The notes under the pieces: generated by a model
What the model saw: only the letters and a program-made list of their open reading frames with translations
Database searches by the model: none
Told to the model about the DNA's origin: nothing
Program-made: the position numbers and the translations under genes
In this document: in pieces, positions 9,015-18,681 of the stretch
Layout: each line of letters starts with the position of its first letter
Position numbering within the stretch: the stretch's first letter is position 1
Assembly: GCA_964621395.1 (NCBI GenBank)
Contig: CAZULS010000001.1
Coordinates: 64,615 to 128,614, forward strand
Length of the DNA: 64,000 nt
Direction: 5' to 3'
Origin: an uncultured Candidatus Saccharibacteria bacterium
Lineage (GTDB): Bacteria; Patescibacteriota; Minisyncoccia; Phycocordibacterales; JACNGX01

Positions 9015-11540
9015 ATGAAAAAACGAAAGAAGACACGTCGGCTGCTGCATACTCTCAAAACACTGTTCATCGTTCTTTTTAGTGTTGGGCTTGTGTCACT
9101 GGGAGCACTTTTTCTATGGATGGCACTCATACCTCTCCCCGATTTTGAATCATTCGAAGAACGTATCGTCGCTCAGTCGACAAAAATCTACGACCGTACG
9201 GGCGAAATCCTCCTTTACGATGTTCATGAAGACATCACGCGCACCGTCGTTTTAGGGGGCGACATCGCACAGGTCATGAAGGATGCGACAATCGCTATTG
9301 AAGACGCAACGTTTTACGAGCACGCCGGCGTGCGCCCACTCGCTACACTGCGTGCCTTGTTCCTCCAGCCAATTCGCGGCAAAGGGGTGCAAGGAGGATC
9401 CACTATCACTCAACAGGTGGTAAAAAACACACTCCTCACAAACGACCGCACAGTCCAACGAAAAATCAAGGAGTGGGTGTTGTCATTCCGTCTTGAGCAG
9501 ATGTATTCCAAGGATGATATTCTCACCCTCTATCTCAATGAAGCTCCGTATGGCGGAACAATATACGGCATACAGGAGGCATCGCTCGCTTTTTTCGGTA
9601 TTCCGGCAAGTGAGCTCTCACTCCCGCAAGCAGCCGTGCTTGCCGCGCTTCCTCAGGCACCGACCTATTACTCCCCGTACGGAAACAACACCGATGCACT
9701 CAATGAACGAAAAAACCTCGTTCTCTACCGCATGTTTGAAGAGAATATGATTTCGGAAAAAGAATATTCTGATGCGAAAAAAGAAGATATTGTATTTCTT
9801 CCGCAACGTGATACCGGTATCAAAGCTCCACACTTTGTGATGTATGTGATTTCATATCTTGAAGAGGTGTATGGAAAAGATATCATCGAGCAGGGAGGAC
9901 TTGAAGTGATCACCACACTCGATTATGAGCTCCAAGCCCGGGCGGAAGAAATCGTGAACCGCTACGCGCTCGAAAATACGGAAAAGTTTAATGCGGAAAA
10001 CGCCGGCCTTATTGCCACCGACCCAAAGACCGGGCAGATTTTGGTCATGGTGGGTTCACGCGATTATTTTGACGAAGACATAGACGGCAACTTTAATGTC
10101 GCCATCGACCCCAACCGCCAACCAGGGTCGGCATTCAAGCCGTTTGTGTATGCAACAGCGTTTGAAAAAGGATACACACCCGACACAGTCGTCTTTGATC
10201 TCCCCACTGTCTTCGACACCCGCTGCAACCCTGACGGCACACCGGCATATTCGGAAGTTGACCCTGACGATTGCTATGCGCCGGTCAACTACGACGGGAA
10301 TTACAACGGACCAATGAGCTTGCGCAATGCACTGGCTCAATCAGTCAATGTGCCGGCGGTAAAAACACTCTACCTGGCAGGTCTCCGCGATTCACTACAA
10401 ACCGCCAAACATATGGGTATTTCCGGGCTCGGCGACGTGAATCAATATGGGCTCACGCTCGTCTTAGGAGGTGGTGAAGTGTCGCTTCTTGATATGACGA
10501 ATGCGTACGGCACCTTCGCTTCCGAGGGGCTCTATAAAGACAGTGCGGCAATTCTTTCCATCACAGATTCATCGGGAAATGAACTGGAAACATGGAAAGA
10601 AAACGTGAAGCGGGTCATGGATCCGGAGATCACCCGTCTCATTTCCGATGTACTTTCGGATAATGTCGCTCGCACTCCGGCATTTGGTGCCAATTCATAT
10701 CTCCATTTCGGCAACCGCGATGTGGCCGCAAAAACAGGTACCACCAACGATTACCGCGATGCCTGGATTATCGGATACACTCCGTCGATATCGGTGGGTG
10801 CATGGGCGGGAAACAACGACAACTCTCCCATGGAGAAAAAAGTTGCCGGTTTTATCATCGCCCCGCTCTGGAATGAATTCATGCAAGTAGCACTTGAACA
10901 TCTTCCGTATGAATCTTTTACCGACCCGGCACCCACCTCTAAAGAGATCCCCCCAATGCTCCGCGGTATCTGGCAAGGAGGAGAGATATATGAAATCGAC
11001 ACTATCAGTGGCAATCTTGCAACGCAGTATACTCCGGAAGAAACCAGGGAGGAAATTGCGCTAGAGAACGTGCATTCTATTCTCCACTGGATCGATAAAA
11101 CCAATCCAACACATGACATACATCCTGAGGACCCAACACTCGACCCGCAATTTACACTATGGGAACATCCGGTAGGTATATGGGCACAAGAACATGGCTA
11201 CAACACGGCAGGGACGGGAGAAAAACCGACTGCCTATGACACCATCCACACACCGGAGAACACACCACGTGTCACAATATCAGCCCCGGGAGCTGAAGGC
11301 TCATACACCTCAGATGAATTCATTTCCGTTCTTTTCGACACACAGAGCGTCTATCCGATTACAAAGGTAGATTTCTTTGTGAACGGCGTCTTTATAGGCT
11401 CCTCCACACGCGCACCGTTTTCATTCTCCTTCTCCCCCACCCACATCTCTTCCATTTCCACACACAACACCCTAAAAGTCGTCGCAACCGACGCGGTGTT
11501 TAACAAGGGAGAAGCCACGTCTGAGTTTAATGTGTGGTAG
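9015..11540 (+). CDS. Class A penicillin-binding protein (glycosyltransferase GT51 + transpeptidase), with an N-terminal TM anchor and a C-terminal extension
   Basis: GT51 motifs (EDATFYEHAGV, GGSTITQQVVKN); transpeptidase SxxK/SxN/KTG region. Start at MKKRKK. Confidence 0.85.
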   Translation: MKKRKKTRRLLHTLKTLFIVLFSVGLVSLGALFLWMALIPLPDFESFEERIVAQSTKIYDRTGEILLYDVHEDITRTVVLGGDIAQVMKDATIAIEDATFYEHAGVRPLATLRALFLQPIRGKGVQGGSTITQQVVKNTLLTNDRTVQRKIKEWVLSFRLEQMYSKDDILTLYLNEAPYGGTIYGIQEASLAFFGIPASELSLPQAAVLAALPQAPTYYSPYGNNTDALNERKNLVLYRMFEENMISEKEYSDAKKEDIVFLPQRDTGIKAPHFVMYVISYLEEVYGKDIIEQGGLEVITTLDYELQARAEEIVNRYALENTEKFNAENAGLIATDPKTGQILVMVGSRDYFDEDIDGNFNVAIDPNRQPGSAFKPFVYATAFEKGYTPDTVVFDLPTVFDTRCNPDGTPAYSEVDPDDCYAPVNYDGNYNGPMSLRNALAQSVNVPAVKTLYLAGLRDSLQTAKHMGISGLGDVNQYGLTLVLGGGEVSLLDMTNAYGTFASEGLYKDSAAILSITDSSGNELETWKENVKRVMDPEITRLISDVLSDNVARTPAFGANSYLHFGNRDVAAKTGTTNDYRDAWIIGYTPSISVGAWAGNNDNSPMEKKVAGFIIAPLWNEFMQVALEHLPYESFTDPAPTSKEIPPMLRGIWQGGEIYEIDTISGNLATQYTPEETREEIALENVHSILHWIDKTNPTHDIHPEDPTLDPQFTLWEHPVGIWAQEHGYNTAGTGEKPTAYDTIHTPENTPRVTISAPGAEGSYTSDEFISVLFDTQSVYPITKVDFFVNGVFIGSSTRAPFSFSFSPTHISSISTHNTLKVVATDAVFNKGEATSEFNVW

Positions 11541-11580
11541 ACATGAAATTAGAAGTTAGGAATTCGGAATTAGAAAAAAC

Positions 11581-11615
11581 AAAAGCGCGGCAACCTCCGG
11601 TCGCCGCGCTTTTGT
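11581..11615 (+). terminator. Rho-independent terminator after the PBP gene (aaaagcgcggcaacctccggtcgccgcgcttttgt)
   Basis: GC stem with U-tract. Preceded by the AGAAGTTAGGAATTCGGAATTAG motif, which is also seen after jag. Confidence 0.6.
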
Positions 11616-11633
11616 ATGATACACTTATTCGCC

Positions 11634-11748
11634 GTCATTCCTGGCTCCTACCGAGCTCGACCTAGCTCTTTCTCGGAAAAGGGCTGGGTGGGAATCTGGT
11701 GACCAGGAATCCAGGATTTCTGGATCCCGCATCAAGTGCGGGATGACA
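11634..11748. repeat. Composite of two GTCAT-hairpin units. The first, gtcattcctgg...ccaggaatc, carries a 58-nt insertion inside its loop. The second is gatcccgcatcaagtgcgggatgaca.
   Basis: Same unit pair and order as at 6890-6956, but with an inserted loop segment. Confidence 0.55.
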
Positions 11749-11803
11749 AGGTTAGTTGAGATAATAGATTTAGATTAAGGTGAAACCTTAATCTAGAAAA
11801 AAA

Positions 11804-12139
11804 TTATACATATTTCCCCTCACTGTCGGTATGTTCCAACACGTCTTTCATCATTTCTTTTGTAGAAGTATAAGAACGAGTTTTCCTTTTCTTTTTCTCC
11901 TGTGTATATTCTTCCACATTTCGGAGAATCTCCTTTTCTCTTTTCAAAGAATATCCATCTTCCGTACGCACTTCAAAAGGAATACTCTGAGTAGCAACAA
12001 CAGTGTGGAGAAAGAGATTTATTCCTGAAGAAAGATCTATGCCCATATCCTCAAAGGTTTTTTGTGCGCGCTTTTTTGTGCGCGCATCAACACGCACATT
12101 CACAACACTATTTTGTTTTTTTGTGGTTGATGTATTCAT
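11804..12139 (-). CDS. RelB/DinJ-family antitoxin-like protein with an extended basic C-terminus, 111 aa. No adjacent toxin gene found.
   Basis: VNVRVDARTKKRAQKTFEDMGIDLSSGINLFLHTVV matches the DinJ/RelB ribbon-helix-helix pattern. Confidence 0.4.
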   Translation of the reverse strand: MNTSTTKKQNSVVNVRVDARTKKRAQKTFEDMGIDLSSGINLFLHTVVATQSIPFEVRTEDGYSLKREKEILRNVEEYTQEKKKRKTRSYTSTKEMMKDVLEHTDSEGKYV

Positions 12140-12216
12140 ACATCATTAGTATATACAATGTATATACTTTGTCAATATAATGTATACACAATATTAAGGT
12201 TTAACCTTAATCTATA

Positions 12217-12449
12217 TTAGAACCGGTCTCACTGAAAATGGCTGTTCTCGCGCCCACACTGCGAGCGAACCGTCGTCGCGGAGACCACAACGTACTACTC
12301 GTACGTTATGGTTGAGCGACAAGGTGCAGCCGCAGTGTGGGCGCGAGAACGGCGCATGCGTAGCTCTTGAATATGTTTCTATTATTTTTCAACGTTTTCA
12401 GTGAGACTGGTTCTATTATTTTTCAACGTTTTCAGTGAGACTGGTTCTA
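12217..12449. mobile_element. MITE-like element, M family, about 200 bp, TIR TAGAACCGGTCTCACTGAAAA / TTTTCAGTGAGACTGGTTCTA. The 3-prime terminal 33 bp is tandemly duplicated (12381-12415 and 12416-12449).
   Basis: Terminal inverted repeats and a conserved core (gagaccacaacgtac...ggttgagcgacaaggtgcagcc) shared with the copies at 20100, 35707 and 40392. Confidence 0.7.
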
Positions 12450-12707
12450 CTACCGAATATCTCGCGGGGCGCTGTCGCGGAGTGTTTTTTTAAGAGTAGA
12501 GAGGATAGTTTTTTTTCTCATCGAAATCTCTGCTTTTATAAGCGGACTGGTTTCTATATACACAACTTCCTTTTGCACCCTCACATCGCCGATATCGAGC
12601 AAAATATTGTAATCCGACTCAAGTATCCTCACCACCTCTTTGCGTACCGACTCATCGGGAGGGGTGATGGATGTAAATTTCTTAAGGAGTGAGGAGATAG
12701 AATCCAT
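12450..12707 (-). CDS. Small hypothetical protein (85 aa) immediately downstream of dnaN, possibly DUF721/DciA-like
   Basis: Position after dnaA-dnaN and the segment DVRVQKEVVYIETSPLIKAEISMRKKTIL loosely resemble DUF721. Weak. Confidence 0.3.
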   Translation of the reverse strand: MDSISSLLKKFTSITPPDESVRKEVVRILESDYNILLDIGDVRVQKEVVYIETSPLIKAEISMRKKTILSTLKKTLRDSAPRDIR

Positions 12708-13029
12708 ACATGAAATAAAATATCAAATACCAAAACACAAATTCCAAATAATACCGAATATCAAAATCTCAAAACCCATTTGCTGTCATTCCTGGCTTGA
12801 CCAGGAATCTACAAGGCTATACGACCCACTCACGTCTGCCTGGACCGAGCACCACACTTATGTGTTTGAGAATAAAATTTTTTGTCAGTAAGATAGGTTA
12901 CTAGGAAGATTATATCCTCCATGAAATCAAAAGTGTGGTGCTTGGTGACGACAAAAGAGAGTTTGGAGATTAGAATTTTGGTCATTGAGATTTATTTGTC
13001 ATTTGGTGCTTGTGATTTGTAATTTTATT

Positions 13030-14130
13030 TTACTTATTCATCGGCATCACGAGTGAGAGAAACGACTGATCGCCCACTGATTCAATAATGAGTGGTTTAT
13101 TCTCTCCTGAAAACGACACTGACACACTGTCTCCTGAGAGTGACGCGAAGCTATCGGTAATATATTTATAATTCACACTGATTGTTATCTGCTCGCCGGA
13201 GAGTGATGCTTGGAGCGGCATCTTACTCTCACCCACATCGGCATTTTTTGTTTCAATGATATAGGTTTTTTCTTTTGGATTGAGTGACATGGTTGCTTGT
13301 TTGAATGTATTTGAAAACACCATACTCACCTTCAAAGCATCAATAAAATCTTTTTTAAGAACAATAGCGGTTGTGGTATATTCCTTCGGTATAATTTGGC
13401 GATAATCGGGAAACGAGCCGTCGATAATGCGAGAAGTAACATACACCCCTTCTTTCTCAAAGACAATCTGATGATCATTGAAACGAATATCCACATCACC
13501 TTGCTGTTGCTCAAAGATGCGAATAATTTCCAGTGCATTTTTATGTGGGACAAGAATACCACCCCAATCATTCACATTAGTATGTGCTATTTTCTTCTCA
13601 GCCAAACGAAACGAGTCAGTGGCAACAAACACTATGGTATTGTGTTCAGGATACATATACACACTTCCAAGCTCAGGCTTCACATCAGAAAGCGATGAGC
13701 TGTACACCACACTCTTCAATCCCTCAACAAGTTTCTTTACCGGAAGAGAAAAGCTGGTTCCTTGATCAATAACAGGAAGGGAAGGGAATTCCTCTGTGGG
13801 GAGACATTTGATAAGGGTGTTATTCCCTTGCATCGAAAGAGTAAGATTCCCTTCTTTTTCTTCAATATCAATCGCTCCCTCACCTGAAATACCTGAAAGG
13901 AAACCACTGAACACCGATGCTGGTACCGCAACGATACCATCACGCTCGGCCTTGACCGGAAGTTCAACTTCAATACCAATATCAAGATTGGTTGCACGAA
14001 TGACCATACGCTTTCCCGACACCTCTAAAAGAACTGAAGAGAGGATGGGAAGAGAAAGATTTTTTCCTGTTACTTTCTCCGCAAGAGAGATTGTTTCGGA
14101 AAGAAGTTTTTTTGAACATGAGCATTTCAT
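13030..14130 (-). CDS. dnaN: DNA polymerase III beta subunit (sliding clamp)
   Basis: 366 aa, three-domain beta-clamp pattern, dnaA-dnaN synteny. Confidence 0.85.
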   Translation of the reverse strand: MKCSCSKKLLSETISLAEKVTGKNLSLPILSSVLLEVSGKRMVIRATNLDIGIEVELPVKAERDGIVAVPASVFSGFLSGISGEGAIDIEEKEGNLTLSMQGNNTLIKCLPTEEFPSLPVIDQGTSFSLPVKKLVEGLKSVVYSSSLSDVKPELGSVYMYPEHNTIVFVATDSFRLAEKKIAHTNVNDWGGILVPHKNALEIIRIFEQQQGDVDIRFNDHQIVFEKEGVYVTSRIIDGSFPDYRQIIPKEYTTTAIVLKKDFIDALKVSMVFSNTFKQATMSLNPKEKTYIIETKNADVGESKMPLQASLSGEQITISVNYKYITDSFASLSGDSVSVSFSGENKPLIIESVGDQSFLSLVMPMNK

Positions 14131-14415
14131 ACTAATTCAAATGATTACATTATCCCCAAGGGTGTTTTGTATATTATTAAATAAAATTATTATTATTATA
14201 GACTCGGTGGAAAAGTGGAAAGGTATTCTTTTTCGTTATATATCAATGACGGAGCGATATATTCTCATGTGAATAACGTCGGCATAGAAGTGAGTGATTC
14301 TGTTTGCCTGTGTATAGTATATTCACTCCCTCTCTTTTTCCACATATTGTTATATTTTTATACACATACACATACAGGTACTTTTCCCGAGGCTCTACAC
14401 ATATTTTACCCCGCT

Positions 14416-15750
14416 CTACACCAGTGATCGAATTTTTTCCACCTCACTACGAAGACTATTGTCGTCGCTTAAATCTTTTTTCATCTTCTCACAGGAATGC
14501 ATCACTGTGGTGTGGTCTCTTCCCCCAAGATTTTTTCCAATCATCGGATAGGATGCATCATAATCTTCTCGCAAGATATACATCACAATTTGTCGCGGTT
14601 TTACAATCTCTTTTCGTCTCGTTTTCTCATAAATATCCTTTTCAGGAATATCATAGAAGCCGGCAACAGTCTTCACCACATCTTTCACAGAGATGTTCTT
14701 CTTCGGTTTTTCAGCGTGTTTGATGATACGTTTTACTTCATCGAGTGTGAGACCTTTCTCTCCCACTGAGGAATGGCACATGAGGGTGTTAATAGCGCCC
14801 TCAAGCTCGCGAATATTCCCTTCAATGGAAAGAGCAAGATAATCAACAACATCCCCGGGTACTTCAATACCCCGTGAACGAAGCTTCATGGTAATAATAG
14901 AGCTTCGAGCCTCATATTCCGGCTGATTAATGTCCACAATCATGCCGGCGCTAAAGCGTGATTTGAGACGTGACTCAAGACCGGGAATGAAATTGGGGTG
15001 TACGTCGGAGGAGAAAATAATTTGCTTATTACTGTCGTAGAGAGCATTAAAGACGTGGAAGAGTTCCTCTTGCGTTTTTTCTTTATTGGAAAGAAACTGA
15101 ATGTCATCCATGATGAGAGTATCGAAATTGCGATATTTTTCTTTGAAGACATTCGTCGTGTCATTTTGAAGAGAGGAAATGTAGTCAACGAGAAATTTTT
15201 CCGATGTGATGTAGAGTACACGCTTCTTCAAATCTTTTCTCAAATGATTTCCCACCGATTGGATGAGATGGGTCTTCCCCACTCCTGTTCCTCCATAGAC
15301 AAAAAGCGGATTATAGGTGACACCAGGATTTTTAATAATCGCCTGGGCCGCGGCGTACGCTAAATTATTGAATGATCCAACAATAAACGATTCGAATGTG
15401 TAGCGTGGATTGAGATTGCTCTCTTTGTCGACATACACGTCAGCAAGGGGTAGCTCTCCCACCTCACAGCTTTGTACTTTTTTCTCCTCTCCTTCTTTTG
15501 GCACCTTCGCAATAACATATTCGAGCCCACGTACACCGTCGGAGAGCTCACGCAATGACTTTAAAATCATTGTGTGAAATTTTTGTGACAACCATTCTTT
15601 CACGAATTCGTTGGGCACGGCGACGAAGACAGTCCCCTCGTCTTGCTTGACGATGTAGGTGTTGCGAAACCAGGTGCTGAAGTTTGCTCGAGAGATTTGC
15701 GACTCCACTTCGCTGAGTACACTATTCCAAAGTTGAGAGTTGTCGACCAT
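14416..15750 (-). CDS. dnaA: Chromosomal replication initiator DnaA
   Basis: AAA+ Walker A GTGVGKTHL, box VII, C-terminal DnaA-box-binding HTH (MYILREDYDASYPMIGKNLGGRDHTTVMH). Start moved to MVDNSQLW (Met75 of track ORF 14416..15972). Confidence 0.9.
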   Translation of the reverse strand: MVDNSQLWNSVLSEVESQISRANFSTWFRNTYIVKQDEGTVFVAVPNEFVKEWLSQKFHTMILKSLRELSDGVRGLEYVIAKVPKEGEEKKVQSCEVGELPLADVYVDKESNLNPRYTFESFIVGSFNNLAYAAAQAIIKNPGVTYNPLFVYGGTGVGKTHLIQSVGNHLRKDLKKRVLYITSEKFLVDYISSLQNDTTNVFKEKYRNFDTLIMDDIQFLSNKEKTQEELFHVFNALYDSNKQIIFSSDVHPNFIPGLESRLKSRFSAGMIVDINQPEYEARSSIITMKLRSRGIEVPGDVVDYLALSIEGNIRELEGAINTLMCHSSVGEKGLTLDEVKRIIKHAEKPKKNISVKDVVKTVAGFYDIPEKDIYEKTRRKEIVKPRQIVMYILREDYDASYPMIGKNLGGRDHTTVMHSCEKMKKDLSDDNSLRSEVEKIRSLV

Positions 15751-16060
15751 AGAACATGAGATATGTGACACGAATAACGTCACACCATTATAGTATGAGT
15801 GGACACTGTGTGGAAACTTGCAAACCTTGGAAAAGTCTGTTGATAACATGTGGAAAACCTCTTCGAGGCAATATAACAAAAACCAAAAAACAAATTCCAA
15901 ATAATACCCAATATAAAAATACCAATACCAAAACACTCTTGTAACTTTTTTGAATTTTGAATATTTGGTCATTGGTTTTTATTTGTGATTTGGTGCTTGT
16001 GATTTGGTTTTTCACTTGTCCCCTTGCATTTTTACGCCAATACGGTATAGTGGTCCCACT
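15751..16060. promoter_or_regulatory. Candidate oriC / dnaA control region, AT-rich with DnaA-box-like 9-mers (TGTGGAAAC, TTGATAACATGTGGAAAA). A ~50-bp repeat tttggtcattg...tatttgtgatttggtgcttgtgatttgg and a caaattccaaataataccNaatat motif recur downstream of dnaN at 12722-13026.
   Basis: Sequence inspection and dnaA-rpmH divergent arrangement. Direct repeats flank the dnaA-dnaN unit. A second DnaA-box-like/AT-rich tract lies between dnaA and dnaN (14131-14415). Confidence 0.45.
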
Positions 16061-16195
16061 ATGTCAAAGACGTATAACCCCAGCAACAGAAAACGCAAGA
16101 CAACCCACGGGTTTTTGGTCCGTAAGGCAACACCAGGCGGTCGTGCAGTACTCAAAAATCGCCGCCGCAAAGGACGCACGAAGCTTTCTGTGTAA
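16061..16195 (+). CDS. rpmH: 50S ribosomal protein L34
   Basis: [44 protein letters not shown]. Confidence 0.9.
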   Translation: MSKTYNPSNRKRKTTHGFLVRKATPGGRAVLKNRRRKGRTKLSV

Positions 16196-16342
16196 TATTT
16201 CATTCTACAAAAATCATCCGACACCACTCCCAGATTTGAGAAGTGTAATAAGATTTCATAAAAAACATTACATTTCCAGGTAATGTTTTTTATTTGGACG
16301 CACAAGAGTGGTGTCGGATTGGTTTTTGTATACAATATACTT

Positions 16343-16690
16343 ATGCTTCCGAAAAAAAGACGTATTCCCACAGTGTGGTTTAAGGGGCGATATCGCCGTG
16401 TTGGAGCACAAAAAGGATCTCATGTATCAGTGAGCGTTTTTGAGGCGTCTGAAAAAAGCTCCCCTACTCGTTTTGCGTGTGTTGTCTCAAAGAAAGGCGG
16501 AGTAAATGCCGCTATGCGCAACAGTATCCGTCGCAGAGTATATGCAATCATTGAGGAGTTACTTCCTCGTGTGCAAAACGGCCTCTATTGCACTCTTTCA
16601 CTTTCAAAAGATGTGCAGGACATTTCACATGAGGAATTGAAGAGCGAGATTCAAGATCTTTTGGAGAAAAGCAATGTGATTAATACGTAG
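16343..16690 (+). CDS. rnpA: Ribonuclease P protein component
   Basis: RFACVVSKKGGVNAAMRNSIRRRVYAII matches the RnpA RNR motif region; rpmH-rnpA synteny. Confidence 0.8.
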   Translation: MLPKKRRIPTVWFKGRYRRVGAQKGSHVSVSVFEASEKSSPTRFACVVSKKGGVNAAMRNSIRRRVYAIIEELLPRVQNGLYCTLSLSKDVQDISHEELKSEIQDLLEKSNVINT

Positions 16691-16714
16691 GTATACCAAT
16701 GAACATACCGTGGT

Positions 16715-16972
16715 ATGTTCATTGGTATGGTTGTGTCATCTTTCTTTATATTCTGTATTCGTGTTTATCAAACGCTCTTTTCCCGAGAACAAAGTGTCTG
16801 GGTGAAGTGGGGTATTGTGCGTGAGAAAAAGACCTGTATCTTTTATCCCACGTGCTCCGAATACATGATTCTCGCAATCAAAAAATATGGCCCATGGAAA
16901 GGAGTGAAAAAAGGCCTGAACCGCATAAGACGCTGCAACCCCAACACTCCCCCGTCGGTAGATATTCCCTAG
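16715..16972 (+). CDS. yidD: Membrane protein insertion efficiency factor YidD
   Basis: [34 protein letters not shown] motif. Confidence 0.8.
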   Translation: MFIGMVVSSFFIFCIRVYQTLFSREQSVWVKWGIVREKKTCIFYPTCSEYMILAIKKYGPWKGVKKGLNRIRRCNPNTPPSVDIP

Positions 16973-17718
16973 AGACTTTTCCACACGAATGTTAGGAATG
17001 TGCGCTGCATGTCAGCGATTGCTTTATCTGTGATGACGACAGCGACGCGGTTTTCAAAGGAGATAAGTGCGAGTTTGTCTCCGGTTACGAGAAGGTCCGA
17101 CTGGAATTTCATTGACGTGGAAAGGGTTTTGTTTTTTACGAAACTTACGTATTCTTTCATATTCAATTGTTCTGTTGCCGCTTCGGATTTTTCAATCAGG
17201 TTGTGTATAGTGATTTCGTGCTCTTTTACTTTCATAAGAAGGGCATGATTTTCTTCTTTTGAGAACAGTGAGAAGAATGCTTCAGGTGAGTAAATGGTAT
17301 AAATATCCTGCCAGGTATTAAAAATTTCTTCATATGCGGCTATAAGCCCTCTCCTCCCCTCGTAGGTGACGATATTTGGCTTGGAGGCCGATTGAGCATA
17401 GAGTGATTCAAGCTCTGGAATAATCGCATTTATCCGATTTTTTGTGTAATCAAGAGACCGTTTTTCTTTTTCGAGATATGACACAATAGAACGAGGGTGT
17501 GTCGCTGCATATTCTAGACGTTTCCCCCGTTTGGTTTGTTGAATTAAACCTTTTTCTAAAAGCTCCTCAAGATACTGATATGTGGTTGTGCGTTTAATGC
17601 CCGTCTTTTTTGCAATGTCTGTTATATTCCCACTCCCCATACGGAGAATGGTGATATACACGGAAATGCTTGTCTCTTTGAGTCCGAGACGCATGAGATT
17701 TTTTTGTATATGTTCCAT
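16969..17718 (-). CDS. TrmB-family HTH transcriptional regulator, inserted antisense between yidD and yidC
   Basis: N-terminal winged HTH ([42 protein letters not shown]) with a TrmB-like C-terminal domain. Confidence 0.6.
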   Translation of the reverse strand: MEHIQKNLMRLGLKETSISVYITILRMGSGNITDIAKKTGIKRTTTYQYLEELLEKGLIQQTKRGKRLEYAATHPRSIVSYLEKEKRSLDYTKNRINAIIPELESLYAQSASKPNIVTYEGRRGLIAAYEEIFNTWQDIYTIYSPEAFFSLFSKEENHALLMKVKEHEITIHNLIEKSEAATEQLNMKEYVSFVKNKTLSTSMKFQSDLLVTGDKLALISFENRVAVVITDKAIADMQRTFLTFVWKSL

Positions 17719-17909
17719 ACTATAAATATACACAAACTATAAAGAGTGTCAATATATTTTGGCACATTTTATCCATATATTATAATCAGACTCTTTATTT
17801 ACAACGTATGATGAGTTTTGTCTCTGTATAACTTGACAGAAATAGAGAACGATATACGTTATGTGCAGATTCAATTTTTCTTCCTCAAACAATATAAAAG
17901 GAGAAAATA

Positions 17910-18227
17910 ATGTATTCATTAGCACAAAAGGCACTCGATTATAAAATCGACAGACCAAGCACTCCTGCTTGGAAAGAGCAGCTGCTCAGTAGTATGTTCG
18001 ATGATTTTTTCTCCACCACAGAATCTTCGGACACTCTAATGGCTGGCTTTTTCTTGGTACCTATAACCTTGCTCGGTCTATTGGCAGGCATGTATGTGTT
18101 GCAGGGTACGTATGATCGCGCAATTGTGACTATAGTATTTGCTATGGTTCTTGTACTACTCTTTCTCTCTATGTGCCTCAATGCCAATGCGGTCGATGAA
18201 AGGAGGTTGTGGAAATACTCATTATAG
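17910..18227 (+). CDS. Small 2-TM membrane protein (105 aa)
   Basis: ORF track. Hydrophobic helices. Its 5-prime leader and N-terminus resemble the next gene (taatgtattcattagcacaaaag vs taatgcattattcattagtacac). Confidence 0.45.
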   Translation: MYSLAQKALDYKIDRPSTPAWKEQLLSSMFDDFFSTTESSDTLMAGFFLVPITLLGLLAGMYVLQGTYDRAIVTIVFAMVLVLLFLSMCLNANAVDERRLWKYSL

Positions 18228-18288
18228 GAGCCATTAAAAAACTAAAAGTCACTAAAATTGTTCGATACAAGAAAAATAAAGGAGGATA

Positions 18289-18609
18289 ATGCATTATTCA
18301 TTAGTACACCACTCTGTCTCTCATAAGGTTGAGAGAGAAAAAGAAAGAAAAAAGAGGAGAAATATCTTATTTCTCCTCAAGAAAAACATCTCCTGGGTAA
18401 TAGGAGTTGTAATATGCAGCTTACTTGGCTTCGTATGCTTCAAAGCGGGTTTCGGAGGTATGCCAGAGGCAGCTGCTTCCGAGGAGAGAGACGCGTGGGC
18501 ATTTGTCGTGGTTCTAGGATGTTTTTTCCTTTTTCTTGGTTTCGGCGCTTATCTCAATTTAAGAGATGAGGTTATTGAAGAAAAGAGAAAGTTGCATCCA
18601 AAACTTTAG
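18289..18609 (+). CDS. Small 2-TM membrane protein (106 aa), paralog of 17910..18227
   Basis: Similar start context and topology. Confidence 0.45.
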   Translation: MHYSLVHHSVSHKVEREKERKKRRNILFLLKKNISWVIGVVICSLLGFVCFKAGFGGMPEAAASEERDAWAFVVVLGCFFLFLGFGAYLNLRDEVIEEKRKLHPKL

Positions 18610-18681
18610 GACTTGAGGCGATCATGCGTGGTCGCCTTTTTCTTGCTTTTAAGGATTAAACAGCGTACAATAGCTTGTACT

